NCBI RefSeq assembly: GCF_006345805.1
Contig: NC_043000.1
Coordinates: forward strand, 107,446,001-107,510,000
Direction: 5' to 3'
Source of the DNA: Octopus sinensis
Lineage: Eukaryota
Length of the DNA stretch: 64,000 bases
A program made the position numbers and the translations under genes. The notes under the pieces were generated by a model. The model was not told the DNA's origin. It made no database searches and saw nothing but the letters and a program-made list of their open reading frames with translations. Position 1 is the first letter of the stretch. The number at the start of each line of letters is the position of its first letter. Below are positions 51,020-64,000 of the stretch, piece by piece.

Positions 51020-51150
51020 GAGGATATAATAAAATACTTCTTGTATATAATAAAATAGTTTTTGGATATTATAAATTAGTTTCTGGATACTATAAAATAG
51101 GTTTTAGATATCATAAAATAGGTTTTAGATATCATAAAATAATTATTAGA
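51020..51150. repeat. Short ~21-bp minisatellite (ggatattataaaatagtttt-like)
   Basis: About six tandem variants are visible. Confidence 0.7.
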
Positions 51151-51334
51151 TAAAATAATATATCGAAACGATAACTCGATCACCAATTTTAATTGTTCCC
51201 AAACTCTATAAACAGTCTTCAGTATTTAAAGAAAAGAATCTACGTTCAAAACAATTGTTCATGCTAGTTGTTCTAAGCTGTTTCTAAAGTCTTCGATCTC
51301 AGGACTAATGTCAGTGACTATTTGTTTCAAAATT

Positions 51335-51930
51335 TTGGCACAAGGCCAGCAATTTTGGGGGAGGAGATAAATCGATTACTTCGACCCCAGTACGGAGGTG
51401 GTACCTATTTTATCGACTCAAAGGTGATGGAAAGCAAAATCAATCTCAGCTGAATTTGAATCCAGAACGTAAGGAAGAGTGAAAGGCTGCTAAGCATTCC
51501 TGCTGGCCTGTTAACGATTCTGCCACCTTACCGTTTTGAAGGTAATTAATGAAAATATCAACTATAGGTATAAGGCAAGTAATAATTCTTTAAATATTTA
51601 GGTATAGGAGCCGAAATTTTTGTGGAGAGGGATTAGAAGTTACTCGATAAAAAAAAAAAAGTCGACCTCAATTACTTGGCTGGTACAGAATTTTATCGAC
51701 TCTGTGGTGAGATGAAAAGTAAAAAAATCAACCTCAGTCGGACTTGAACTTAGAACGTAAAGAACTGGAACAAATATTGTAACATATGTAGCCTATTGCG
51801 AGAAAGATTTTGCTGATCCACCGATCTAAGATGATTAATTATATTAATAAAGTACCAATCAAACTGTCGAGCCTTCTGTCTGTCAGTTTCTTTCATGCAC
51901 TCTCTCACTGTTTTCTCTCTTTCTCTCTCT

Positions 51931-51974
<44 letters not shown>

Positions 51975-53486
51975 GTACACAGAATCGACAATGAGGTATA
52001 AATTCGCTTAAGGACGCACAAATGGGCAAAGTCACACGGAACGGAAATAAAGAAAGATTTCGGTTTAAATAAAATACTTCTTGTATTGAATATAATCATT
52101 GCATAATTTTATTGGATGAAAATAAAATGCCATAAATCATGATATCTGCCAGGAATTTCCATTTCATAACAATTTATTCAATTACTTTCAAACTGGTAAC
52201 CCTCGTGTGGAGAAAAGTAGATATTTCATCTCTCAGGGCAGCGAATTGGTGAGTTACAGGAACATAGGATAAAATGCCTTGTATTATTCATTTCCAGTCT
52301 TAGAACTCTCGGTTCAAATTCTGTAGAAATCAACTCTATCCTTTTGGGGGTTAATAAAATACAGGCTTACTGCGAGGTTGTGAATTGACAACATTATAAA
52401 AGATTAGATGGGCAAAAGTATTAAAGATTTCGTTCATCCATCCACCCAATTTCTTTGCCCACCATTCCTGAAAGCAATTAGTCAGGCAATTACTCCTTGG
52501 GGTCCTCTCAGAAGCAACAGTCATTAGACTTTCCGGTTGGATTCCTAATTCAGACAATAGCTGTCATCCAACCATCTAGTTCTTGGTCTACCATTAGTTA
52601 ATCAATATCAGTCACCCCAGTACTTGACCTCGGCGGAATCTGGACCTTACGATCGTAAACCGAATAACATAGCCACTAAGCTACACGAGATCAAATAAAG
52701 AACCAGTCAAATGTTAGTCATTGTTCTAAGCCTCTCCTTCAAAACTTGTTGGCTGTGTGCCTAATTTAGAAATCTCTATTAAGGACGGCATGATGAGGGA
52801 ATCATAGCGTCAGAAAAACTGTTCTCGGTTCAAATTCTACCGAAGTCAACCTTGCCTTTTTTTTATTCTTCCGAAAACGATAAAATAAAGTACCAGTCTA
52901 TTACTAGAGTTGTTGGTTTCGACTTACACTTTTCTTGCAAGAATTGCTGGTGTTGTGCCTGAATTAAAAAGAATTATTGTAAAGTATTTTACTTAAAATA
53001 TGTGTTGTATAGATTTATACGGTCAGACATGCACTTAAATAGGAGAATCCAGACCTTTAAGCACTTGAAATACTCTTATACTAATAATCACCATACAATT
53101 TTACCTGATCGTCTAATCCTTAATTCTGACTAAATTATGTAATGTAATATACCTTGATTCTAAGGCGGCAAGCTGGCAAAAACGTTAGCACGCTGGGAGA
53201 AATGCCTAGCGGTATTTCTTCTGATTAATATTTGATTAATATTTTGTTTACTGATAAAGCGGTGAGTTGGCAAAAATCGCTAGCATGCCGGGAAAAATGC
53301 TTAGCGGAATTTCGTCCATTTTTTACGTTTTGAGTTCAAATTCTGCGGAGGTCGATTTTACCTTTCATCCCTTCGGGATCGATTAAACAAGTACCAGTTG
53401 AAAACTGAGGTCGATCTAACCGACTTATTCGCTCCCCGAAATTGCTGGCCTTGTGCCAATATTTGAAATCAATAGTTTGTTTACTG
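51335..53486. mobile_element. Cluster of degenerate family-B SINEs in both orientations plus an RTE 3' remnant
   Basis: Minus copies near 51335-51540, 51600-51775 and 52600-52680; plus copies near 52230, 52780 and 53162-53470. The copy at 53257-53470 has a 16-bp TSD aata(t/g)tttgtttactg. GRPRTRWLDD lies on the minus strand near 52560-52595. Confidence 0.7.
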
Positions 53487-54474
53487 TCATATCCTCTAAT
53501 CGACCAAAACCTTGTTATTGAAATTTCGTTGACGGAAACTGTGTGGAAGCTTGGTGGAATAAGTGTTCACATTCGTTGGTAGTCGTTGTCATCATACGCC
53601 CGGTTTCAAACCACCCTCTTGTCTACGAGTGACTTAGCGGAATCAACTATTGCTGCAAATGTTCGTAGTAGATCTCTGCACTGATGCTACATTTCTCATC
53701 GACAATCTAGAAGTATCGTTGTCATTAGAAATTTCATGGGCATTCTCCGCCATCCTCGTACTGAATCATGTAAAAATTATAGTATCGTTGATAAATGGAA
53801 GAACTACTTACGTCACTGGCAGCGTTGATCGATAATAACAACTAGCGAGGGTCGCTAACGACAAGGAACAATAAAACGCCTGCAAAGCTTTAAAAGAACG
53901 ACACAAACTTGGTGTCATTGTTTTGCAAATCATGATAGCATGGCTGATCAAAGTTGCTTAAGGACAGCAAGCGAATGCAGCATGAAATTTTTATTAGATT
54001 AGTACGACACGACAAAAGGAAATCCAGAATAGCATTGGTGCAACGCATTTTTGTCTTTAACCCCGGCAGCCATTACTCATTGTCATTCGTTATATATCAC
54101 ATTTAAGGTGACTATTCATTTAGCGGTAAAGTATATGCCTCTTGTTGAGGAGCAACTTTGGTATAGATTATCCATATGAATTCGAAAATAATATTGTCCG
54201 TATTTTTCTTTTTTAGTATCTAGTAATAATTTTTCGTATCTAGTAATAATTAGATATTGTTTCTATGCAGAGATAGTCTTTCTAATAGAGTTCATAGCTT
54301 AGGGCATCATACAGATCTCTTCTGAGTATAGATATAATGGTGGCCATCTTATACACCTGCCAACACGTATCTCACTTGTAGGTGAATACACACACCTACA
54401 CCTATGCATATACACACACTCACATACGAGCGCACGCGCACTCACACACATGTATGTGTGTGTATGTATGTTTT

Positions 54475-54785
54475 ATCTTTCACTTGTTTCAGTCATTCGA
54501 CGGCGGCTATGCTGGGGCACCGTATTGAAGAGGTTTTGGTCGAACAAATCAAATTCAGTACTTGCTTTATATCTGGTACTTATTCTGTCAGTGTCGTTTG
54601 CCTAAAAGCTGAGTTACTGGGACGTAAAGAAACATACACCGGTAGAAAGTTGGTGGAAGGAGACAAATACGAAGACAAAGGCACACACGTATGGATATAT
54701 ATGTATAGATATATAGATATAGTTGTCGAAGCGCTTCTTTCAGTTTCCGTGTACCAAATCCACTCGCAGGGCTTTCGTCAGCCTA
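54475..54785 (-). mobile_element. Family-A SINE variant, 3' part
   Basis: tttcacttgtttcagtcattcgacggcggctatgctggggcaccg tail and ttctttcagtttccgt core. Confidence 0.75.
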
Positions 54786-54885
54786 TTGAAAGAATATATA
54801 AATTTAATGTCCCACCCACCCAAATATATATAATATATCTATATAATATATGTGATATGTATATGTATTATATATGTAGTATGTT

Positions 54886-54927
<42 letters not shown>

Positions 54928-54975
54928 TATGTGTGTGCGTGTGTGTGTTATTCTTACACAACACACACCACACAC

Positions 54976-55006
<31 letters not shown>

Positions 55007-55800
55007 CAGAAAGAGAGAGAGAGAGATGAAGAATTTTCGTCGGGATGACTCAAACTAATAGGTATACGTCACGATTGCTCAAATAAACGCGCCACCAAAA
55101 TTCCAGTTAGAACAGCAGTTGAAGTTGTGGTTGTGTGATTGTCTTGCTCAAAAACGGCTAGAGGTATCATCCTTTTGAATCAGTAGGTATAGGTTAAAGT
55201 AGTGAGGAAAAGCAAAAAATTAGGCCATGTAGGACAAAAACATTTAATTTCATTTAATTGAATCTAAAATGTAGCTGCATATCGAGTGGATAAAAATAGT
55301 ACAAAATTGCAAAGATAGTTTCTGGCAGTTTTTTCTGGGATATCCCAGCTATTGGAGCATCGTATCGATCGAAGATTCTATACAATGGGTGCTCCGTCAT
55401 CGATGGAATATAGGTTAGATAGTGGAAGAAAGACCATCATCAGTGATATAAGTTGTGGTTCATTATATCTAGGAGGATAGACAGGTGCAATTAAATCCAG
55501 TTAGATCGGGTCTTCTTTAGATAAATCCATGATCTTTAGGTAAACACATGATAAGAAAGATTGGTTAAATGGTGGAAAAATTGTTATACAGTGCTCCATA
55601 TTGAGGGGAAAGGAAAATGCATGCTAGCGGATCCAAAGTTTTGCATGGAATGATGGTACATTCTGGTAAGAAAAAGATAGATATGAGAGGCATGTATTGG
55701 ATATATATTGTTCAGTATATTCTTTTCTATTCTAGGTACAAGGCTCGAAAGTTTTTGGAGAGTGGTGGCCAGTCAGTTAGATTGACCCCAGTACACACAC

Positions 55801-56452
55801 ATTGGGTCATCCCATAAATAATGTGGATTTTTCAATTGCATGAACTAAAAGTCGGAGGGAGACAAGATGAACTACCTGCATCAACTTGCTATAGAAGCAG
55901 GTCGTCATTTTAACTTGTCCTTATTCTTAGTGTAACTTTTGAAGAGTGCACTTCGATTTTAACTGTTATTTTTTTAAAGCTATAACGGAAATGACAAAGG
56001 AGTATATTCAGTATATTTTGCTTTATGAATTCAACAAAGGCAACAATGCAACAGAAAGTGCGAGGAATATTAATACAGTATATGGGGATCGGATACTAAG
56101 CATAAGCCAATGTCAACGGTGGTTCCAAAAATTCCGAGGTGGAAACAAAAGCCTAGATAACGAGCCTCGTCCTGGAAGATCTGTAGAGCTCGACGAGGAC
56201 GTCCTGCAAACCCTGGTAGAAGAAAATCCCATCGTAACTCTCGAGGTACTAGCAGAGAAGCTTGGATTTGGTCATTCAACTATTCATCGACACCTACGTG
56301 TCATCGGAAAAGTCAGCAAATTGGGTCAATGGGTTTCTCATACACTTCACGAGTCTAATCGCACGCAGAGAGTGAATGTGTGCTTTTCTTTGCTGTCACG
56401 TCTCACGAATGAACCTTTTTTGGACCGAATAGTGACTGGTGACGAGAAACGG
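55801..56452 (+). mobile_element. Mariner transposon, 5' TIR plus open transposase N-terminal half, cut by the gap
   Basis: TIR-like ttgggtcatcccataaataatg. The ORF from ATG 55991 runs MTKEYIQYILLYEF...SLDNEPRPGR...KLGQWVSHTL...FLDRIVTGDEK up to the N run. Confidence 0.92.
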
Positions 56453-56552
56453 NNNNNNNNNNNNNNNNNNNNNNNNNNNNNNNNNNNNNNNNNNNNNNNN
56501 NNNNNNNNNNNNNNNNNNNNNNNNNNNNNNNNNNNNNNNNNNNNNNNNNNNN
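56453..56552. other. 100-N scaffold gap
   Basis: Exactly 100 N; the sequence after it is not mariner. Confidence 0.97.
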
Positions 56553-57422
56553 GGTCTCCTTATTCAATCGGAATTTGGTAAATTGTGGCTTTCGAAACAC
56601 GTGTAGAATGCAATAAACGATTTTGTTCAATCTTCGTTCAACTCCATTTCTTTCAATTCACTAATAATATTATATATATATATATATATATATACTGTAT
56701 TTCTAAATCTCTCAACAGCATGCGAAAGTGATGGCTTGTTGTCAACTTAATGTGACAGTACCAGAAAAGTGACGAATGTTACTGATATTTAGCCCCAAGA
56801 AACACCGTTTCTAGTTGGCTATGCGACACAAGCGTTCTGTGTCCTTAATTTTGCAAACAGGGGAGATAAGCATCTCCACTCAACAAAGCCAGCACCAAGA
56901 GACTATTTTCAGAGTAATTGCTCTTCAGCGGTCTGGTGTAGCTTGGTCTTGCTAGATGTCGTTGCTAACCCGCTGTTGAAAGCAGAATTTCAAGTGAAAT
57001 AAATTCACTGATCTACAAATATAAAAATATTTCTTTTCTAAATCTCTCAGAGATTTATACACTAACAGCATGATAACGTGATGGTTTGTATAATCATATT
57101 CTCTTTAATAACAACATTATTAAATAGAATGTGACAGAAATTACATGTTGCATGTGTTATATAATCATGAATCCGATCAGTTAAACATCAGTTTATGTGT
57201 GATGTAGGTGGGTCCCCGACAACTTAATTCGCCGTGTGGTCGTGCATACGCACACACACACACACATATATATATATAAGGAGAGAGAGAGAGAGAGAGA
57301 GAGAGGAAGAGTGGGAGAGAGAGAGTGAGAGTGAGAAAGATACATATGTGTGTGAGTATATATATACACACACACACATATGTATATATGTATATTGTAT
57401 ATATGTATATACATACATATAT

Positions 57423-57472
<50 letters not shown>

Positions 57473-58774
57473 CATACATATATATATGTGTGTGGTGTGT
57501 GTGTGTATACATATATGTATGTATAGTGTACGTGTGATATATGTATGTCTGTGTGTTTCTATGATTATTAATTTAAGTAATACATGCTTATTATGGACTT
57601 TCGATAACGCATGCGCATTGATATACAGTAATCGGCCGGAATTAACTGAAGCATACTTTTGCATATGTGCCCCAACGAATTTTTTGTTTCATAACTTTCA
57701 GAAAATTGAATATTTCTTATGGAATTTTTTACAAATACGTTCCAGCCAGTGTAAATTCAGTTTATATCGAATTTGTTGGGAATAATTTCTCCCAAACCAA
57801 ATGTGATGAGTGTCAGTTTGTATGTGTGCTATCCCACCAAATTTTTATTTTCCATGTTAAATTCCACTATAATCGCAATCTGCATTTACTAAATGGTACT
57901 GCTCAAAATTTTACCTTAAAAATACTTATTTTCCGAAACGTATGAGGAAACACATCCGACTCGTATGAAACTCGTTTTCCCCCTCCCTACTCCTTCAAAA
58001 ACATATTTTCGCAACAAATTCAGATGTAAACGGAATGTACATCATCAGAAGCATATCTCTAGAAAATGTCATTGAAAAATTTTCATTTTTCTGAAAGTTA
58101 TGAGGAAACAAATCCGGTTGGGCACATTTGTATATGTATAACCATAACTTCAAAATAACTATCTTCCATTATAATTTGAAGAAAGTATATGTTTATTATG
58201 GACTTCAGGTAACGCATGCTCAATGACGTACAATAACCGACCAGAGCGAGGTTTTCATGATCAGACTACAGTTTCTGTCTATTGTGTAGATTCCGATAAT
58301 ATAACAATTTGTTGAGAAAATATTTTTACAGTAGTAGTGATAGAAGTTTCGGAAAATTCACACGAGTTGTCTTCGTTTCACATAACTATTAGAAAAATAG
58401 GTATACATTTTTTATTTTCACATCAAATTCCTAATTCTTGTATGTTCGTAATTTAAACATTCTGAAATGCATTTGTAGAAACGTTAATTTAAAAACACCC
58501 ATTTTTCCAAAAGTAGTGAGCAAACAAAATCAACACGTGTGAATTTTTTGAAAACCCTCTCCCTACTCTTCCAGAAATATCTTTTTGTAGACAGGTTCTC
58601 ATATACCTGGAATCCACACCATCTGCAGCGCAGCGTATGTTTAGAAATTTTCATTATAAAATATCTATTTTCCTGGAAGTTATGAGGAAGCATAAGCGGC
58701 GGGGCACATTTGTGTATATATGGCCATTATTTTAACATCACTTATACCAAAAAGTTCCTGGACTATTTTTTACT

Positions 58775-59762
58775 TTTTATTTTATTTAGTTTCAGCTCAC
58801 AAGCTGTGGCCATGCTGGGGCACCGCCATTTGGTGTTGCTACATGATTTTACTTCACGAATGCTTTTTATCAAATGCCATCTGGTGCATGAGAGAGTTCG
58901 ATGCAGCTGCCCTCATCTGCACCTCCTGCCGTGAAGAAGAGATCCAGTTTCATTTTAAAGACATCTGCATCCACCCATGCAGGTCTCTTAGGTTCTTCGG
59001 GAGGATATTGAAGAGCTGTGGGCCTCGGAGGCCCAAGCTATCATAGTATCTTGTCCTACATCTTGATGGCAAATTTCGAGGCCTTGGCACTATGCAGTGG
59101 CGCCCAGTTCTGGCATTTGTGTAACCCTCGATGCCAAACTTTGGGACAAGCCCTTCTAGGATCTTCTAGATGTATATTATGGCATATCTTTCTCGCCTAC
59201 GCTCTAAGGAATAGAGTCTCAATCTCTTGAGTCTTTCCCAATAGCTTATATGCTGCACAGAGGCTATCTTCTTCGTGTAGCTTCGTTGGATCGCCTCAAG
59301 TTCTGTGATTAACTTGACACTGGATGGTGACCATAGCTGAGAGCAATAGTCAAAGTGGCTTAGGACAAATGTCCTCCAGAGGACCATCATGGTTTCCTGG
59401 TCTCTTGTTCTAAAGGTTCTAAGAATCCATCCGGTCAGCCACCTACATTTCATTGCCAATTTAGCAACATGCACATGAAAGGTTGCATCATCACTCATGT
59501 AAATACCCAGGTCTGGCACTGATTGTGCCTCTGGGATTGCATTTAGTTTTGCATGCTGATAGTATAAAGCTTGAAACTTTTCAGCATTGAACTGCATGCT
59601 ATTCTTTTCAGCCCACTTGTATATTTTGTCCAGCTCACATTGCAGGTGCTTAGTGTCTTCAGGGTTCTGTATTGCCTGTGAAACCTTTGTATCATCTGCA
59701 TAACTTGTGATCGTGACTCTCTGCGTGGCTGAGGGCATGTCTGAGAGGGCCATTATGAACAG
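58775..59762 (-). mobile_element. 5'-truncated CR1-like LINE (RT C-terminal half plus 3' end)
   Basis: YADDTK, LDKIYKWAEKN.MQFNAEK, DLGIYMS, DYCSQLWSP and LERRRERYAIIYI, then the 3' tail ggcggtgccccagcatggccacagcttgtgagctgaaactaaataaaata. Confidence 0.92.
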
Positions 59763-59879
59763 TTATGTTTTAAAAAATTATACTTATTTGCCCAAGTTTT
59801 AACATCGTCTCTTACGAAATAGTCACCTTGCGCAGAAATACACTGCTGCCAGTGCTCCGGCCTGGAAATCACTTTCCTT

Positions 59880-60492
59880 AAGTGAGCCAAGGACCTGCTA
59901 TTCGCTCTGGATCTCGGCAACGGTATTAAAAGTAACGACCTTTGAGCAGAATTTTCCTCTTAAGGAAGAGATAGAAGTCTGCAGGTGCTAAATATGGTGA
60001 AAAGGGTTACCGAGTAGAGCTCGGTAACAGGGGGGGATCGTTGTCGTGAAGAATCGAATTCTTCGCGCTTCACATATCCAGTTGCTTTTATTGAATGTCC
60101 TCCTTCAATCGTTTCAAAACGTCGCAGTAGAACTTTTGAATAACGTTGTGACCCGGAGGACTATACGACGTTTCTGTGGTGACCGCTCGTGACAGGTCTT
60201 CCAGGGACGTTATTCCGTTTTTGAAGGGCCCGTACAACTCGAAACATTACGTATGACCCATTGTCTCGCCGCTGTAAGCTTGCTGAAATATGCTCAATGT
60301 CTATTGCAAACGCAAAATTTCACGTTGGCTCTTTGTTTCTATCCATCTCAGCAAACACACGATTACAAAGACACAAATTTCACTACTTGCGAAGTAAACA
60401 CAGCGGTGTAACTCGACGCGTACACAACCATGTGCTGTCATTTATTGGCGCGCTTCAGAACCAGTACGGAAACCTTTTGATCCCACCTCGTA
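59880..60492 (-). mobile_element. Internally deleted mariner remnant
   Basis: 5' TIR TAcgaggtgggatcaaaaggtttccg; catalytic remnants FYCDVLKRLKEDI, LHDND and PFSPYLAPADFYLF (decayed YSPDLAP). Confidence 0.8.
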
Positions 60493-61366
60493 TATCTACC
60501 TATCAGCTTGCATCGCTTCACTTTGGGTAGAAATTTTCATTGCTTTATAAATAACTGTTCTTTTAACATAATTGCATTTCATCTTAATGCTTTACTCTAC
60601 GTAGTCCGTTATTGATGTTCGAGCTTCATTCATGTGCATGTCTTGCCAGCGTTCTTCCCACATGCATGGTATATGTATATTTACGCATATACACCCTATC
60701 TTAAAGATAGCGTGTTGGCACTTAGACAAACATCCCTCCACACACACAAATTCACACGAACACATGAAGCGAAAAGAGAGGAGAAACAGAGAAAAAGAAA
60801 GTGACAGTGGGAAAGAGAGAGAGACAAATGTAGTAGTGAGGAGCGAAAGAAAGAGAGGGAAGATGAAAAGAGTAGAAGGGAGAGAAATATAGAAGAAAAG
60901 ACGGAAGAAAGAGGACGGAGAAGGAGGGAAAAGAAAATAGAGAAGGTGAGAAAACAGATCGTAGCTGGAGATTTGATCAATTGGTGGACGATGTCTAGAA
61001 TTCATGGCGTGTTTAACGGAAAATATCTTATTAGAAAATCTCACACGTTATTTGTAATTAGATGCATTAGAATCAGAGGCCTGATTCCCTGCCAAGCTAA
61101 CGGAAAGGACTGTTGGAGACTGGTTTCAAGTTGCTGGACAAACAGACGGATGGGTAGAAAGATAGATAGATAGATATATAGATAGATGGATTAATAGATA
61201 GGTTGACAGATAACTAGATAGAAAACTTCATACGTAAGCAAAGATCCATACACGCGCGCAAACACACGCACGCACGCACACATATTCACACACACACACA
61301 CACACACGCACACACACAGGTGTACATATGTATATAAGTATGTACATACATAAATATATACAGACA

Positions 61367-61402
<36 letters not shown>

Positions 61403-61645
61403 TCTCTACCTATCTATCTATACATTATGAGTATATATTATCAGTAGCTAGGTGATTTGTGCTATTGTAGATCAAATATATATTTTTGTTTCTCACCAAA
61501 ACACAACGACTCGCACACTGGAGGAAGTGGCTCCATGTTGAATACATTCTGACGTTTATCTATCTATCTATCTATCTATCTATCTCTCTATCTATCTAAT
61601 CTAATCTATATGCGAGTGTATGTATGTATGTATGTATGTATGTGT

Positions 61646-61685
<40 letters not shown>

Positions 61686-61954
61686 ACATATATGCCTCTA
61701 CCAGTATACAGGCATGCATATGTGCATCTGGATGAGTATATATACATGCATTCATCACCTTTATATATGTGTGTATGTGTGCGTGTGTGTGCGTGTGCGC
61801 GTGCTTGTATATATATAATATATATATTATATATATATATATACATGGAATGGCCTGCAAGTATGCATATATATATAAAGAAATATATGTGTGGACGCAT
61901 AAATATATGTCTATATACATACACCTATTCATACAGGTACAGATATGCGTGTAT

Positions 61955-61987
<33 letters not shown>

Positions 61988-62483
61988 AATTTACACATAT
62001 GTGTTAAAGATTTGCTGTATGCATGTGTAGAATGCAACGGGTATATTGTAGATTACTTATGTCTGTATTTGAAGTTATATGTGCTTATGCCTCTTTATCT
62101 AAATGTATATATCCAAATGTATACGCATAACTAAATGTGATTTTGTGCTTGTGTATACGAATAAAGTCTATTAAATCTACAAAAATTTATTTAAAGACAA
62201 GCTGCGCCGTTATTGGAATTTTCGACGAAGGCAAACTATCAATTGATGGAAAATGTTCCTTGGTCTGTTCCTCTCATTTTGAAGGAAAACAATGCCAAAG
62301 TTATCTCATTTCCTCCAACTGTCATAATCTGCATATTAGTGGTAGAGAATGTCGTCTGCTGGTCATGGATTTTCACAAACGGCCATTATTGCATGTTACA
62401 ATTCTGACCATGAAACAAAACTAGATAGAAATACCTAATTATATAATACTACTCTGATATGATAGACACACACGCGCGGGCGC

Positions 62484-62530
<47 letters not shown>

Positions 62531-62817
62531 AGTGATTGAAGGAAGTAAAGGTAAAGTAAAGTGTAAGTATGGAAGTAGCCGGGGGTTAATAGTTATACAA
62601 CTATGACTCTGGCTATAAGGATTTTATGTGCTACAATATTATTCTATTAGGCTTTGCTGTCTAATACAAAACGCATAATAACGTCCAGCTATCACTATTG
62701 AAGTCGGTGAGACTGAGAAAGTAGCTTAACCTTAACGGATTTGTTACATGTACATCAAATCATAAAATATAAACGATATTAGTAATAAAAAATGAATTGG
62801 ACTACAAGTCAAAGATT

Positions 62818-63595
<778 letters not shown>

Positions 63596-64000
63596 TGTTT
63601 CATTTGAAAATTTTAAAGCTTTACGTATAAAATTTTTACGATAGTTGATTTATGGAAAAGATTATGTTACATTTTTGAAATGCAAATATGTGAATGGAAA
63701 TTAAGTTTAATTTGTAGCCAAATAGTACTGAATCTTTTGATACCCCTTATGTCAAAATCTATAACTCGGTTTTGGAAAGCATAAAGAATATATAATATAT
63801 AGGACAGAATCTCACATTACAATACAGATGAAATACTGAAATAGTGTAAGAGATAACAGATTGCTCTGGGCTCGCATTAGGCAAGAATTTGGAAACTTTT
63901 TGGCCTATGACACTGCATGGACCTTGGCTTTTGTTTTTGACGCCTGTCGCTTTAAGTATTATATATAAATCACGTGACCACATGACCGATCAGGCTATCA

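Overview
This is AT-rich eukaryotic genomic DNA made mostly of microsatellites and transposon debris. The repeat families (tRNA-derived SINEs with internal (TA)n/(TG)n tracts, CR1- and RTE-like LINE ends, mariners, Helitrons, Penelope-like remnants) match what I recognise from Octopus genomes; that taxon call is from memory, not a search. I cannot support any intact host protein-coding gene. Most entries in the ORF track are translations of simple repeats. The recognisable coding fragments are all transposon-derived: Penelope GIY-YIG endonuclease, RTE and CR1 LINE reverse transcriptase ends, an RLE-type LINE end, Gypsy gag and integrase pieces, four Helitron remnants and three mariners, one cut by a 100-N scaffold gap. 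A few isolated exon-like segments with good splice sites suggest the window may be intronic, but this is weak. Four observations stand out. (1) A 184-bp SINE-derived unit occurs as circularly permuted monomers and tandem arrays, twice flanked by ~81-86-bp duplications of the target; this is either a circular-intermediate mobility mode or a systematic assembly-polishing artefact. (2) Several minimal type-I hammerhead ribozyme motifs are present, twice as divergent inverted pairs. (3) A SINE-LINE partnership is directly visible through a shared 3' tail. (4) There are several long fold-back elements and inverted SINE pairs that would form long dsRNA if transcribed.
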